Assembly: GCA_977018835.1 (NCBI GenBank)
Contig: OZ361257.1
Span: 496,001-560,000, forward strand
Source: Minutocellus sp. GHC0000111
Taxonomy: Eukaryota
Reading direction: 5' to 3'
Length of the DNA: 64,000 nucleotides
The first letter of the stretch is position 1; each line of letters begins with the position of its first letter. The translations under genes were made by a program, and so were the position numbers. The notes beneath the pieces are model-generated. The model saw only the letters and a program-made list of their open reading frames with translations. It did no database searches and was not told the DNA's origin. Positions 22,023-33,800 of this stretch are shown here, piece by piece.

Positions 22023-24209
22023 ATGTGCACGTCTTTCCGTCGCCCCTCACCCTCAACGCCCTCAACATTGCATCGCATGACGACCACTGGTGGCGACACC
22101 GCTGCTGCCGTTGCCGCTGCCACCACAGCAACTGAAATTCCAGTCGACAGTGCAGCCGATGCCTCGCGGAAGAGACCGCTTGACAATATCAACGAGGCCA
22201 AAGATACCAATCCTCCAGCATCTGATCAAAATATCAATGCATCTTCTTCTCCACCAACCAAACAGGCGAAGGTTGCTCCTACCGACGACAATGCCCCAAA
22301 ACCAAAGGAAAAGAAGCAGAAGAAGCCCGAAAAGCCAACCAGAAACAAAAAGACTGATCCCGAGGTGCTGGAAGTGCGACGTCTGGTGCAGAACTGCTGC
22401 CGAACGGATGACTTGCATACGGCAATCACCGCGTACGACGCGGCGGTGGCCAAGGGCATCAGGGTGGAGGCACAGACCTTTTACAATCTGCTGAACCTGT
22501 GCGATGGATTGTCCGATCGGGGAGTGCACATTGGAACTCCTAAGACGAAGCAAGGCGAGAATGTTGAGGAGCAGTCCAAATCCGCTGCGTCCCCTCCTCC
22601 ACCTGCTCCTGCTGCAAAGGAGGTGTCGACTGAGGACAGACGAAATCATGCCTTTCGCATCAAGAAACACATGGAAGGTCTTTCTCTTCCGTTGAACGAA
22701 CCTGCCTATACCGCCCTCATTCGTATATTATCCAAGGCCAATGATACCAAGGGAGCCGAAGAGCTATTGGAACAAGCTGAGAATTGTCAGCAATGCAAGC
22801 CCAAATTGCGATTGTACTCGCCTCTAATCCTGACATATTGCGCCAATGGTGATATGACAAATGCCGCAAAGATGTGGAGCAGAATGTACAATATCAACAC
22901 AGTCGAGGGCAAGACGGTAGACCGAGGCAGTGCCGCTTCCGACGATATCATTCAGCCCTCGGAAAAGGAATACTGCGCCCTGCTGCAGTGTGCTATCAAA
23001 ACTCGTTGCCATGTTGCATTTGAACGTGTTCTCAGTGAATTCGCTGAAGATATCTTGGTGCCGAGTGCCGATACGACCAATGCCATCGTTTCTTGGTTTG
23101 AATCAAGCGGAGCTGTTTCCAGCAGCGGCGATAATGGAGATGAAGCTTTGGATATGAAGGCCATGGAATCGCTCATGCCCCCACGTGGCGTAGATTTGCC
23201 AAGCATGGGCCCAGTCACTTGCCCTAGTGGAGCCAAGTGGGAGATTTCTCGCAGCTGCACTCTCGACGCTGACACGGCTACTCTTAGCAGTGGTTGTTTG
23301 GCAGGAAAGCAATTGAAGAAGGTGGAACTATCGGACAATCAATGGTATGAGATGATGAAGATGAATGAATCGATTGTCCTCGAAGGCACCGTGGAGGGCC
23401 ACACATCCAAATTTCAAGGAGGTCGAATGGGTCCCAAGCGTCAGCTCAAGATGCAAAATGCCATTGAAAAGCGCAAGAGAACATGGGAATCGTTCAAGAA
23501 GTATTTAGCCAAACGAGTGGGTCCGTGCTGCATTGATGCCGACGCCATTGGCAATGCAGACAGTCCTCGCAAGCCTTTTGATGTCATCATCGATGGAGCC
23601 AACATTGGATACTACAAGCAAAATTATGCCAACTCACCCAAGCATGTCGATTATGAGCAAATTGATTGGACAGTCTCTCACTTTCTAGATCAGGGCAAGT
23701 CCGTACTGTTGGTTCTTCACGAACGCCACTTCCATCCCAAAATGATGCCCAAATGGGCCGAGCCCATCGCCAAATCTTGGTCCGACAAGGGTTTGTTGTA
23801 CAAAACGCCTGGTGGCTCGAACGACGATTGGTTTTGGCTCCATGCTGCGCTATGGTGCGGTCGAAATACTCTCGTTTTGACGAATGACGAGATGCGCGAC
23901 CATCACTTTCAAATGCTGGCCCGCCGAGTGTTCCTTAGGTGGAAGGAACGTGCGCGAGTTCACTTTACCTTTGGTGAGTACGGACCCGACGAAGCCAAGG
24001 GCGATAAGCGTCGGCCGTTGCTCCCAGTCTATCCCGATATTTACAGCCGTCGCATTCAGCGTCTGGATACAAATTCTCTGGTGGTCCCTCTTGCCAAGCG
24101 CGGAGACTCGAACAGAGTTTTGGATGGCAGTCACGATGCAGACGATAGCGCGCCGATCGAGGAGACATATTTGTGCATTCAAATGAGTGTTTCCCGACTG
24201 GCTAGCTAG
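22023..24209 (+). CDS. PRORP: Proteinaceous RNase P (PPR + NYN metallonuclease)
   Basis: PPR-like N-half (FYNLLNLC, EPAYTALIR, KLRLYSPL). NYN motifs VIIDGANIG, SNDDWFWLHAA and TNDEMRDH. Confidence 0.92.
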   Translation: MCTSFRRPSPSTPSTLHRMTTTGGDTAAAVAAATTATEIPVDSAADASRKRPLDNINEAKDTNPPASDQNINASSSPPTKQAKVAPTDDNAPKPKEKKQKKPEKPTRNKKTDPEVLEVRRLVQNCCRTDDLHTAITAYDAAVAKGIRVEAQTFYNLLNLCDGLSDRGVHIGTPKTKQGENVEEQSKSAASPPPPAPAAKEVSTEDRRNHAFRIKKHMEGLSLPLNEPAYTALIRILSKANDTKGAEELLEQAENCQQCKPKLRLYSPLILTYCANGDMTNAAKMWSRMYNINTVEGKTVDRGSAASDDIIQPSEKEYCALLQCAIKTRCHVAFERVLSEFAEDILVPSADTTNAIVSWFESSGAVSSSGDNGDEALDMKAMESLMPPRGVDLPSMGPVTCPSGAKWEISRSCTLDADTATLSSGCLAGKQLKKVELSDNQWYEMMKMNESIVLEGTVEGHTSKFQGGRMGPKRQLKMQNAIEKRKRTWESFKKYLAKRVGPCCIDADAIGNADSPRKPFDVIIDGANIGYYKQNYANSPKHVDYEQIDWTVSHFLDQGKSVLLVLHERHFHPKMMPKWAEPIAKSWSDKGLLYKTPGGSNDDWFWLHAALWCGRNTLVLTNDEMRDHHFQMLARRVFLRWKERARVHFTFGEYGPDEAKGDKRRPLLPVYPDIYSRRIQRLDTNSLVVPLAKRGDSNRVLDGSHDADDSAPIEETYLCIQMSVSRLAS

Positions 24210-24404
24210 CTCGCTACTTTAAAAGATAACGCATTCTTAAACAAGAGGCATCCTTAGCCGACCAATACAAATGCACGCATAATGAATGCTTCTAATTATA
24301 TCGTTATTCCATGAATGATAAGAGGGCGGCTTGCACTAACCGACACAATGTTTACCATCCACGCTCCCCATTTCGACATTTATTTGACACCAAAAATATA
24401 TATC

Positions 24405-25356
24405 TTACTGCGAGGGGACGAAGTACTCGTTGTACTTGGGGTTCTGCAGAACCTCGGTTATCATCTTGTTGTAAACTTCGATGTCAAAGTCCGGGCTAAC
24501 GTCGCGGGCGACGAAAAACTGCGTAGGTAGTGTAATGAGATGAATACAATGTAGGAGGGAATGGTGATGGGGGACGATGAGAAAATAAATGCATGGAATC
24601 ACGGAGAAATATTTGAAAGAGTGCAAATTGCAAAAGAGAGAGAGGTAGGCCTGTCAAAAGATCCCCGGTTCAATTCGACCGCGCCCATTCAACGTGATGC
24701 CGAACGGTGCCCTTATAAAATTTGGCAGCTCAACTTCACCAAGGCCAGTCATGTTCATTCGCCAAAGAATCAGCACACTTGTGCCCATTTGCTCTCTGCA
24801 TGCAATTCCCGAGCGACTCCTGCATTTCTCGCCACAAAGCAAAGACGACCAGTAAGCTGAAACTCATGCATGTCATGAGATCGAAACGGAGCATTGGTTT
24901 TGCGGTGAAACCACGTGCTCTTCACAATTATGTATCATGCTTGCTTCGGCCGGCAGCATATTTATTTTTGGCGCCAAATAAATAAAAAATGCGCCGCAAT
25001 GACTGGTTTGCTTTGTGGCGGAAGATTGCTCCAACCAATCAATTCTCCGTTCCACCCTTGATCCTGCATTTACCCGCAAACACATATCTATAGTGCCAGA
25101 AAAAGCAAACACACACCTGAACCTCGTTGGTTTCGGTGGCAGCCCCGATCATCTCCAGCACGGTTCCCGGCGGGTACGCAAAGGACGGGTCGACGATGAA
25201 CCGCGCCTGCCCGCCGTCGCAGCACTTGACGGTGGCGAATTGTCCGTCGCACGCCTCGACGGTGCCGATGACGCTGACGATCATCTGGTTGAAGTTGCCG
25301 GTCGCCAGGAGGGCGGCGTTGAGGCGGGGGTAGTATCCGTCTTCTTGGTTCGACAT
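24405..25356 (-). CDS. RPA3: Replication protein A 14-kDa subunit
   Basis: Exon 1 25356-25117 (YPRLNA..., VSVIGTV, VLEMIG), 598-nt GT-AG intron 25116-24519, exon 2 24518-24405 (FFVARDVSPDFDIEVYNKMI). Confidence 0.8.
24830..25020. ncRNA. Candidate structured intronic element (ncRNA or foldback insertion) in the RPA3 intron
   Basis: Perfect 14-bp stem 24830-24843/25007-25020 enclosing hairpins 24889-24920 and 24959-24984. Confidence 0.35.
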
Positions 25357-25557
25357 GGTTGCTGGTTGACTGGGGTTGGGTTGGTTTTGAATGAGTTTCA
25401 GGCGGGAAAGCAGCTGGACAAAAGTCTAAAGCCTGCCCGCTTTTTGTGCGACTTTTCCTTAACTCACCCACACCGGCGACGACGGAAAGACGAAAAACCC
25501 AGAGCAGATCGAGAGTCGAGAGGCTCTCGGAGACTTTACCAGATACACCCTCGCACG

Positions 25558-28500
25558 ATGAGGAAGGATCCGCCCGATCCGACCGGCCCTGGCGGCGGAC
25601 ACGGCTACACCCTCGGCGGCGGTGCTGGAGGCGCCGCCGGTGAGGCAGGAGGGACGCAGCAGCTGAGCCCGGAGGAAGTTCGGGCACGACGTCTGGCCGC
25701 CCTCGGAGGAGGAGGAGGAGGAGCGGCGGCAGCAGCGTCGTCTTCGTCGGAGAACGCTGGTGCTAGCGCCGCTGCTGGCGGTGGTTCTGGCGACGATCGG
25801 CATGTTCGTTTTGGAGCCGTTTCGGCAGACGACGGCCGGCTGCCCTCTGCTGGCGGCGGCGGCGGCAGCAGTGCCCATTTTGCCGTCCCTTCCGGCGGCG
25901 ACAGCGACGACGACGATGAACTCCAGCGGGCTCTGGCCTTGAGTTTGATGGAAAGCAATGCCAGCAATACCGGGAGCGGCAGCGCTGCCGACGCGTTGAT
26001 GGACCTCGGTTCCATCCCCGACGCCGAGGTGGTACTGGCCAGCTCTGCGTTTGACGACAATAACAGCAACATCAGGAGGAGCATCGGCGACCGACCTCCC
26101 ACCCCCTCTCCAGCCGACGAGCGCAAGCCAGCTGCCGCGGCTGCAGCTGCAACCGCTTCGTCTTCAGCGAATCCCTGGGACTTTAATGCCGTGGCTGAGG
26201 ATTGGATCCATTCGGGCAATACGACCACCTGCGTCTGGCAGGACGGCAGGCCCATACCCATGGACGAGTACTACCGTGACGACGGAGATCGGAAGATGCC
26301 AGCGAAAAAGACGGCGGAGGAAGGAAAGGCAGAGGCAAAATCAAAAGCGCCGCCTGTTCCGGCCAAGGTGGAGAACGTCGTTGTGCACATTAGCAGCGAC
26401 GACAAACCATCGGTGTCAGCATCTGTATCCAAATCCTACGCAGAATCCGTCCACTCCCTCCTGTGGAACGATGCCGTTACGACCGACGGCGACAAGGAGC
26501 GATGGAGGGGACAGGGCATCGACACGACGCCCAGCATGTGGGCCGATATTGGGGGCGGCGAGCCCGACGACGACAACGATACCGTCAGCACCGTGGCGTC
26601 GAGTGCCGATGGGGATCACGTGGCAGCAGCTGCTGCATCTGCTGCGCCAGCAGCAGCAGCAGCAGCGTCTGCCGGTAGCAACCCTAACGATGCCGCCGCC
26701 GATGGCAACAACAACGACGACAACAATAACGACAGCGAAAACAACCCCCCAAATACGAACAATGCCAACCCCATCTCCGATGCCCTTGGCACCAAGCACT
26801 ACCGCTGGGGTCTGACACAGGTCCACGGGGGTCCGTGTGGCGTTTTGGCAGCTGTACAGGCTGAGATGCTCCGCATGTTGCTGTTTGGCCGGCGGAAGGA
26901 CGGTGCTGATAATGCTGATAATGACGGTGTTACCGGTAGCAATAACAACGACAACAGCGACAACGTCGATAGAACCAACCATCTGTCACACATTCGAACA
27001 TATCCAAGAACAGCGGGGGGCGACGAGAATAGCGACGAAGGAGAGACGATTCAGGCCACATCGTCGCCGACAGTCGAGGAAGTTCGGGAGGCCATGGCAC
27101 TGGCCATCGGAACAATCCTGGCCAGGGCGGCGCTGGCACCACTCGCCACGAATAGTGAGAAGCAGGCCGAAGAGAAGAGCAAGGAGGAAGGCTGGGTCAA
27201 AGTTGGTGCAACTGCAAGTGACTCAGGCAATGGGAAGAAGAGAAATGGCGACGACGAAAATGATGGTGCCAACGATACTACTACTAACAACAATTTTTGC
27301 GGTGTCCGTATTGTGCTCCCGACACAGCCCATTGTGGAGCCTACGGACGAAGGTGCTACTGCCGCAGCCACTTCCTCTGCAGATTTGGAACCAATGGATG
27401 TCGATACAGAATCTACCCCGGCCAACGGCGCAGCTGCTGCAACTGCAACTGCTAATGGCAATGCCTACGACGGGCTTACTTGGGATATGCTTAGCTGTTT
27501 CCATGCCGGTGCCAACAATTCCGGTACCAAGCCACAACTGCGTGTCTGTACCATTAGTATATCTCCAGAGAATGATGGTGGCGATGATAATGGACTTGGA
27601 CCCGAATCCAAGAGGCAACGGAAAAACTCCATTGGGGATGGATCATCCGTTGTGCAGTGTGAAGACAGTTTCGAGGGCAGAGTCGCTTGCCTAGCTACAA
27701 TTGTCGCCAAGTATCTGCTTGAGACGGGTAACGCTACTACTAGTGCGACAGGAGAATCAGGAACAGAATTCGCACCAGAGCACTCAGCGCTCCAGTACTT
27801 TTCAGCGAATGGGGGCGTACTTCTACTAGTTCTGTCACTTTTGGAGTCTCGTGGCTTGGAGAAGGTCAAGAGCGATATGGATGACTCGTCATCGACGCTG
27901 ACCTCTCAGTTCGGACACTCTTCTCAAGAATTGATCAATCTTCTTCTAACTGGTCAAGCAGTGAGTAATGTCTTTGACAATCACGTGGATATGGGAGGCG
28001 GACTAATCTGCCGCGGTGTTCAATCGCAGCCAGCAATAGGCTACCTGACGCAGCTGGAGTCTCATAGATATTGCGAGGTTGGAGGATGCTACAAAAGCCC
28101 GACCTTTCCAATTTGGCTTGTGGGTTCTACTAGCCACTTCTCGGTGCTCTTTGGCGACTCCCGCTGCATGATTGAGAGCTCTTCGGACAAATTACTGGAG
28201 AAGTGTCGCAGAGCCTTTAGAGCTGTTGACGGAGGCGAGGATAACGGATTCATTCAGGTTTCTTCCCTTGGCGAGGTCATGCGATCGCTTGATCTTTACG
28301 ATCAAATCGGCGCTGACGGACTCCAGACTCTCAAGGCCTCCCTTGAAGTCCATGGTGCAGGAATCATCCTTTGGAGCGATTGGTGGAAAGTCGCTTCAAG
28401 ACTTCTCTGTGGGGCTAGTTTGCAAAGTGTTCTGCAAGGCGACGATCCTGCCAAAAGCGACGAGCCTCTACTCCTCACACAATTTGGTGAAAGTGGAGGT

Positions 28501-29091
28501 GCTCCAGCTGCTGCCGCTGCCGCTCCCGCCGCTGCTCCGTCTAGTCAGAACGGAGGTGACTCCATGTTGAGCGACGAAGAGTTGGCAAGGAAATTGGCAG
28601 CAGAGTGGGGAACAGCCCCTGAACCGGCGCCGGCAGCTGCTGCATCCGCATCAAGTGGGAACGCCCACAAGAGCGACGAGGAGCTCGCCAGAGAACTTCA
28701 GGCCCAATGGAATTCAGACCTGGATATGCCCCCTTTGGAACGTGCTGATAATATTGGAAATGACTCGAAAATGGAAGCGAAACCAAGTAATAGTGTCAAA
28801 GACCAAAAGATGGAGGAAGATACGAAGAAGCCATCAGCTGCAACCATACCATCTGACGATGATGGCGGGTCCTTTGACATGTACCACTACAACGGACTAA
28901 GAGGTGGAACTCTCACAGCCTTTCGTGTCATTAAGCCCAAATCTCTTGACGCTGTTGGCTCAAGCATTTCGATGTCGTCCCACGGAGGTACTGCTTCGCG
29001 CGATGGTGGAGACCTTGAAGATGTCGTCCGAACAAGATGGCGGAACTGCAACTTTGATTGGAAGGGGAAGCGTGCGCCATACATTGATTAG
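25558..29091 (+). CDS. MINDY-3/4 (FAM188)-type deubiquitinase with ubiquitin-binding MIU/UIM motifs
   Basis: Catalytic Q..GGPCGVLAAVQA and GSTSHFSVLF, plus QELINLLLTGQAVSNVFD and YHYNGL. Ubiquitin-binding motifs DDELQRALALSL, DEELARKL and DEELAREL. ATG at 25558. Confidence 0.88.
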   Translation: MRKDPPDPTGPGGGHGYTLGGGAGGAAGEAGGTQQLSPEEVRARRLAALGGGGGGAAAAASSSSENAGASAAAGGGSGDDRHVRFGAVSADDGRLPSAGGGGGSSAHFAVPSGGDSDDDDELQRALALSLMESNASNTGSGSAADALMDLGSIPDAEVVLASSAFDDNNSNIRRSIGDRPPTPSPADERKPAAAAAAATASSSANPWDFNAVAEDWIHSGNTTTCVWQDGRPIPMDEYYRDDGDRKMPAKKTAEEGKAEAKSKAPPVPAKVENVVVHISSDDKPSVSASVSKSYAESVHSLLWNDAVTTDGDKERWRGQGIDTTPSMWADIGGGEPDDDNDTVSTVASSADGDHVAAAAASAAPAAAAAASAGSNPNDAAADGNNNDDNNNDSENNPPNTNNANPISDALGTKHYRWGLTQVHGGPCGVLAAVQAEMLRMLLFGRRKDGADNADNDGVTGSNNNDNSDNVDRTNHLSHIRTYPRTAGGDENSDEGETIQATSSPTVEEVREAMALAIGTILARAALAPLATNSEKQAEEKSKEEGWVKVGATASDSGNGKKRNGDDENDGANDTTTNNNFCGVRIVLPTQPIVEPTDEGATAAATSSADLEPMDVDTESTPANGAAAATATANGNAYDGLTWDMLSCFHAGANNSGTKPQLRVCTISISPENDGGDDNGLGPESKRQRKNSIGDGSSVVQCEDSFEGRVACLATIVAKYLLETGNATTSATGESGTEFAPEHSALQYFSANGGVLLLVLSLLESRGLEKVKSDMDDSSSTLTSQFGHSSQELINLLLTGQAVSNVFDNHVDMGGGLICRGVQSQPAIGYLTQLESHRYCEVGGCYKSPTFPIWLVGSTSHFSVLFGDSRCMIESSSDKLLEKCRRAFRAVDGGEDNGFIQVSSLGEVMRSLDLYDQIGADGLQTLKASLEVHGAGIILWSDWWKVASRLLCGASLQSVLQGDDPAKSDEPLLLTQFGESGGAPAAAAAAPAAAPSSQNGGDSMLSDEELARKLAAEWGTAPEPAPAAAASASSGNAHKSDEELARELQAQWNSDLDMPPLERADNIGNDSKMEAKPSNSVKDQKMEEDTKKPSAATIPSDDDGGSFDMYHYNGLRGGTLTAFRVIKPKSLDAVGSSISMSSHGGTASRDGGDLEDVVRTRWRNCNFDWKGKRAPYID

Positions 29092-29262
29092 ACTATTGTG
29101 CTGAATATCACAAAATTTATATGTGTGGTAAAGGAGAACGAAATAAGTTTACACGCAGGGTAACACAAACTATAATAAGATGAATTGCATATTTTAGAGA
29201 GCTTGTCTACTATCACATCTATCTTACCAAGCATAGCATAATAGTTTTGCATCCCACCTTGC

Positions 29263-30552
29263 TTAGTCAAGAGGTTCTCTCGACCCATTTCTTCTTACAG
29301 CACGAATCGCTCCAGTGTAATATTCCCGTTCCAGCATATCACAAAAGTAAACATAATTGGTCGCTACGCCCGGGTGCGCCGTTGGACTACGATCCCGTTC
29401 ATATTTGCCCTCCGCGTCTTGTTCCCCAGGTTTGTACATGAAGCGAGGGCCGCCAATAATCAGCATGCTCTCCAAAGATTCTTCAATATAGGCGGGATAT
29501 CTGCGCCAGTCAGCCTCCCCACGTGTTCCCGCGTTGTATTCCCACACCGGCCTGTCAGGATCGTTCTCTTCAGATTTGAAGTCGTCGCCGGCAAATGGTA
29601 TGTCAAATCCAAAAGGTTCGTTCTTTGGCGAAGGCAAAGGCAAAGGCCGAGGTTCATCCTCTTCTCCATACACCATGTCTTGGCCCTTTCGAAGTCTCTT
29701 GCAGCAATGCTTGTGTATCTTCCAATTCGCTTTTTGACACTCTTTGGAACAATAGTGGGCCATGTGGCATCGGCTGCAGCAATTCAATTCGGTGGATATG
29801 TTTTGGCAATGGGCACACTGGAGCGTCGTGAAGCTCAGCATGGCTTGCATAAGGCTGTAATGTGGCTGCATGTCGGAGCTCGGGTCGAACTCCGGCGCTC
29901 CGACGTCAACGGGATAATCCGACGGCGCCCAGTACAATGCAAATCCCTGCCGCAAGTCAGCTCCGCACATGGTCAGGGCCCCGACGACCTCTACGAAGCC
30001 TCGCTGAAATGCCCGGTAGATGGGACTGAAACCGTGCATGGATAATTCGTTCATCGTCCATTCCTTCCCCTGTTCCACCGCAGCTCGGCCCAGTATCGCC
30101 ACGCATTCCGGGTGGTTGTTTTGGCTGGCCAGATAGATGGGAAGGGACGGCGACGTTCGCAGTCGATGGTCGATCTTGGCGCCCTGACGGACGAGCCATT
30201 GCAGATATTTCCATTTGCCGTCGGCGGCGGCAAAGGCCAGAGGCGACGAGCCCAATTCGTCCGTCGACGGTTGGTTGACGTCCGCTCCGTACTTTTGCAG
30301 CACCTGGGCCACACGGACGGACTCGTCTTCATCGCCCCGTCGGGCCGCAACGAGCATGAGGAGGGTCCCACCCGGCGGTTGGATGGTGTCGTTGATGCGC
30401 TCGCGCAATTTGCCAGCGAGGAATGTTCTGCCTCCGAGAAGGCTCTCCACCACCGATGCCGAGCAACCGGACGCGATGGACTTTCCCGTGAATTGAAAGC
30501 CTCTTCGAATCTCTTCTTCGATGTCTTCTTCGATGTCTTCGTGCGAGCTCAT
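29263..30552 (-). CDS. Ankyrin-repeat + MYND zinc finger + WWE-like domain protein
   Basis: Ankyrin repeats (SPLAFAA, PIYLASQNNH). MYND CAHC...CSRC..AHYCSKECQKANWKIHKHCC. C-terminal VWEYNAG...WRRYPAYIEESLE. Confidence 0.8.
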   Translation of the reverse strand: MSSHEDIEEDIEEEIRRGFQFTGKSIASGCSASVVESLLGGRTFLAGKLRERINDTIQPPGGTLLMLVAARRGDEDESVRVAQVLQKYGADVNQPSTDELGSSPLAFAAADGKWKYLQWLVRQGAKIDHRLRTSPSLPIYLASQNNHPECVAILGRAAVEQGKEWTMNELSMHGFSPIYRAFQRGFVEVVGALTMCGADLRQGFALYWAPSDYPVDVGAPEFDPSSDMQPHYSLMQAMLSFTTLQCAHCQNISTELNCCSRCHMAHYCSKECQKANWKIHKHCCKRLRKGQDMVYGEEDEPRPLPLPSPKNEPFGFDIPFAGDDFKSEENDPDRPVWEYNAGTRGEADWRRYPAYIEESLESMLIIGGPRFMYKPGEQDAEGKYERDRSPTAHPGVATNYVYFCDMLEREYYTGAIRAVRRNGSREPLD

Positions 30553-30836
30553 GGTGGCGTCAATGTAGGATCTTGAATTGTGCCTTCTTCATTCAACTTT
30601 CTTCATGCATCTGGCTGATCGATAACTGCGATCTCTCAACGCTTTCAACGATCGGACGACGAAAAGACGCACAATTTCTGCTTGAAAAAACACACACATC
30701 TTGTGCCGAAAAAGATACGACGAGTGTTCGCCGTCATTTGCTTTCTTACTGTTTGCTACTACGCGATTGCCTGTCACTACCACTGACTCCTCACGAACCT
30801 TCAGGGCAACGCTTCACTAGCTAGCATTCCGGTACG

Positions 30837-33800
30837 ATGGTCGCCGTCGGCTCGCTGGTCAAGGCAGCTGCCGCACCGTCGAGCGGCGGTACCGGTGCGC
30901 AACACCAGCAGCCGGTAGCCCCGTCGTCCGCCAACAATACCTCCAGCGGAAACAACATTGCGTCGACGGCGGCCGAATCGCTGCTGGTGCTCCTGCGGGA
31001 CGATCCCCTCCTCTCTCGGTTGGGGCTGACCGACCCGCCCGATCGGCACGCCGACGACCATCAGCTGGACGGAACAACAAATGCCGGGCAAACGGCGGAG
31101 ACCAAGAAGAGGAGCGGAGATGATGATAACAATGACAACAGTAATGCCGAAGACGACGATGCCGACAGCACCACCTCGTCATCTACCGGGTCGGACGCCA
31201 ACGGCAATGCCGCCTTTTCGTACGCCGCCGCCCTCCTTCGTGCCAACGACGCCACGTCGTCGGCGTCGGCCCTTGCGGCAAGCGGTCTCGACACAGCAGG
31301 AGGAGGAGGAGGCATGACGGACGAATCGTGGTCGGGCGGCGGCGTGCAGAAGCGCGCCACGGAGGCGTTGGCCGAGGTCGATCGCAAGCTGGCGCTGGTG
31401 GAAAGTTTGGCCGATCGCATCGCGCGGGAGCGGCCCGAGGAGGTGGCCGGACCCCTTTTGAGGATGCACGGCTACGACGTTCGGTCGCTGCTGATGTCGG
31501 AGGAGGAAAAGAAGGAGGAGGGGGAGGGCGGCAGCGATAACGCTGCTACTGCCGCAGGCGATGAATCGGCCGTCGACGACGATGCAGCAGCCGCAGCAGC
31601 AACGCCGGGATCCAGCCTCACCACGACGCTCGACAGGATCGAACGTTTGGAACGCCAATCGGACGTCCTGGTGTCCATCTCCAACCGGGTCGAATCGACC
31701 CTCCAGAGAGGTCTGCGAAGGATGGACGGTGCCACCTCCCGTCTCGAGCGGGTGCTGGACGTCAGCTCCACCCTCAAATCCATCATGCGGCTGCGGTTCG
31801 AAGCCCGCAAGGTTCAGAGCAGCGGGTTGGACTTTGATGCCATCCTGAGCGGTCCCGACCCATCGATTCTGGCCCAAGCGTCCCGTGGTGCGGCGGGCAG
31901 GACCAGTACCAGTGGTCCGTATGGCGTGGACTTGCGCGATTTGACCCGGGCGGCATCGTCCGTGGCCATCATGGAGGAGTTGCTGTCCTCGCCCGCTCTG
32001 TGCGGTGGACCGAACGGTACCGCCGGTGGACGGATCGACGTCGTCGAACAGATGCGGCCCGACGTCGAGGCCGTGAGTGCCGCCGTCCGGAAGGTCGCCG
32101 CCGCCCTTCTGGCCGAGTATACCGATCCCAAGGCGCAGGGCGGCGGTGGAAGTCCCGATGCGCCCTCCGGTGTCAGTCCGTCGCGGCTGGGCGTCACGCT
32201 GCAGGTGTACTACCACCTCGGTGAGCTGCCGGAGGCGGCGTGGGGTGCCGTCGGTGCCGCCCTCACGCAGGCCGAGCGCGTCACCGGTCGGCTGTTCAAC
32301 CCCTCGGCCGTCCAGCGCCTCATCGAATCGGCCACCGCCGAAGCCCGAGAGGCCGTGGAGACCGGACGGGAGGCCGGTTCGGCATCGGCCGGCAGCGATC
32401 CGACCATGGACAAGCGACAGAGGAAGAAGCAGAACGAGGCCGCCTTGGCCCGTGCCCTCAAGCGCAAGCTACGCGAGAAGCGTGCTGAGGCTGCCAAGGT
32501 ATGGTCCGCGGGCATCTCCGACGCCGCCCTCCGTGTTTGGACGTTGCAGCGCGTCCTAAGTCGCAAGTCCGACCCGTCGTCGCGACAGAACTTTATGGAC
32601 GTTGTCAGTGCATCGCCCATCCCGGAGAAGTTCGACAAGGCCGAACGAGTCCTTGCCGATGCTCTCGGTGGCAACAGCAACCCCGCGAAGATCAAGAACT
32701 TTGTCTTCACCTTGTTTTGGAATCAGCTTTGCATCAGCATGGGAGAGCGCATTGACAAGCTTCTCAAGTACAACGGCGGATCGATGGCAGCTGATACAGC
32801 CGCATTATACCCTGCACTCCGCTCGGCGGCCATCGACATGATGGGAATGCTTCAGGATGCCTTCATGGTGGCCACCTCTTCCGCTGGAGCCGGAGGTGCG
32901 GCAGGGGCTATGCCCACTGGCGATGTCATCGGTGGCGCTGGATCCAGTGGATCTGACGGCATTGGTTCGGTTGGCATCATGGGGGGATCGGCTGGTCTTG
33001 ACTTTGGTTGGGCTGGCAGCTCCGTCTTTGGTGACTCGGATGGCATGGACGATGCCGGATTTGGAGGCGGCACTGGTGCCTACGTATGGACGCGAGTTGA
33101 CGAACCCAAGTCGATGGAATCCAACCACGGTGGTATGGCAGGATCATCAACTACCCGACCTACTTCTGCAGCACTCGCTGGAATCTTTTCTTCGTCGGAA
33201 TGGGCCGCCCTACAGGGATCGTCGAGCAATGGCAGATCTTCGTCGTCGTCAGGAGCTGGAGGTCTGCGTCCACTTTAGATGGCATTCCTCGAGGCATCGT
33301 CGGATCGGCTTTGTGCTCCACTCCGATTCATGTTCCCCGAAGCGGTGGCAGTTGATGAAGACGGCACGGCAATCGACGTACTTCCTCATCTTCCGTCGCG
33401 GTACGATCTTGCCAAGATCGACGCCGGTATCCGCGAAGAACTATCGCTCGCTGATCCACGCGAGGGTGGTGGCGAGCTCACGATGGTGACCATGATCAGT
33501 GACAATGTAGTTGACTTGGTGGAGCGATTCTGTGCTTCTGCCAGAGGCGCTGTGAGTGATGCCGGAGAGGGCGGGTACTTACATGAAGATGATGGTACTG
33601 CTACCGAAGCGCTTCTCCATGACATGAAGCTCTGCAACGTGATGGGCACCCTCGCCACTTCACTGCGCAATGCTCCCGAAAACACTTTTATTGCCCCTTA
33701 TCGACCAGCCCACTCTCCGCAGCACGAGGAAGCAGCCAATTTATGCAAAATGTCTCTCAAGCCAGCCCTTCACGAGATCGATAGTCTGGTCTCCACGACT

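Noticed and set aside
24875..24895. AGATCGAAACGGAGCA as SRP RNA helix 8; also RNase MRP, U6 or telomerase RNA in this intron
   Set aside because: The stem around GAAA does not pair. I found no P4 partner strands, no U6 ACAGAGA core in the right context and no CCCTAA template.
25015..25557. 181-aa N-terminal extension of the MINDY ORF
   Set aside because: Starts at GTG and is the antisense of RPA3 exon 1. The plausible ATG is at 25558.
31179..32710. Long antisense and alternate-frame ORFs (also 9357-10265, 55042-55962, 58177-58875)
   Set aside because: Shadows of GC-rich, codon-biased genes, with no independent motifs.
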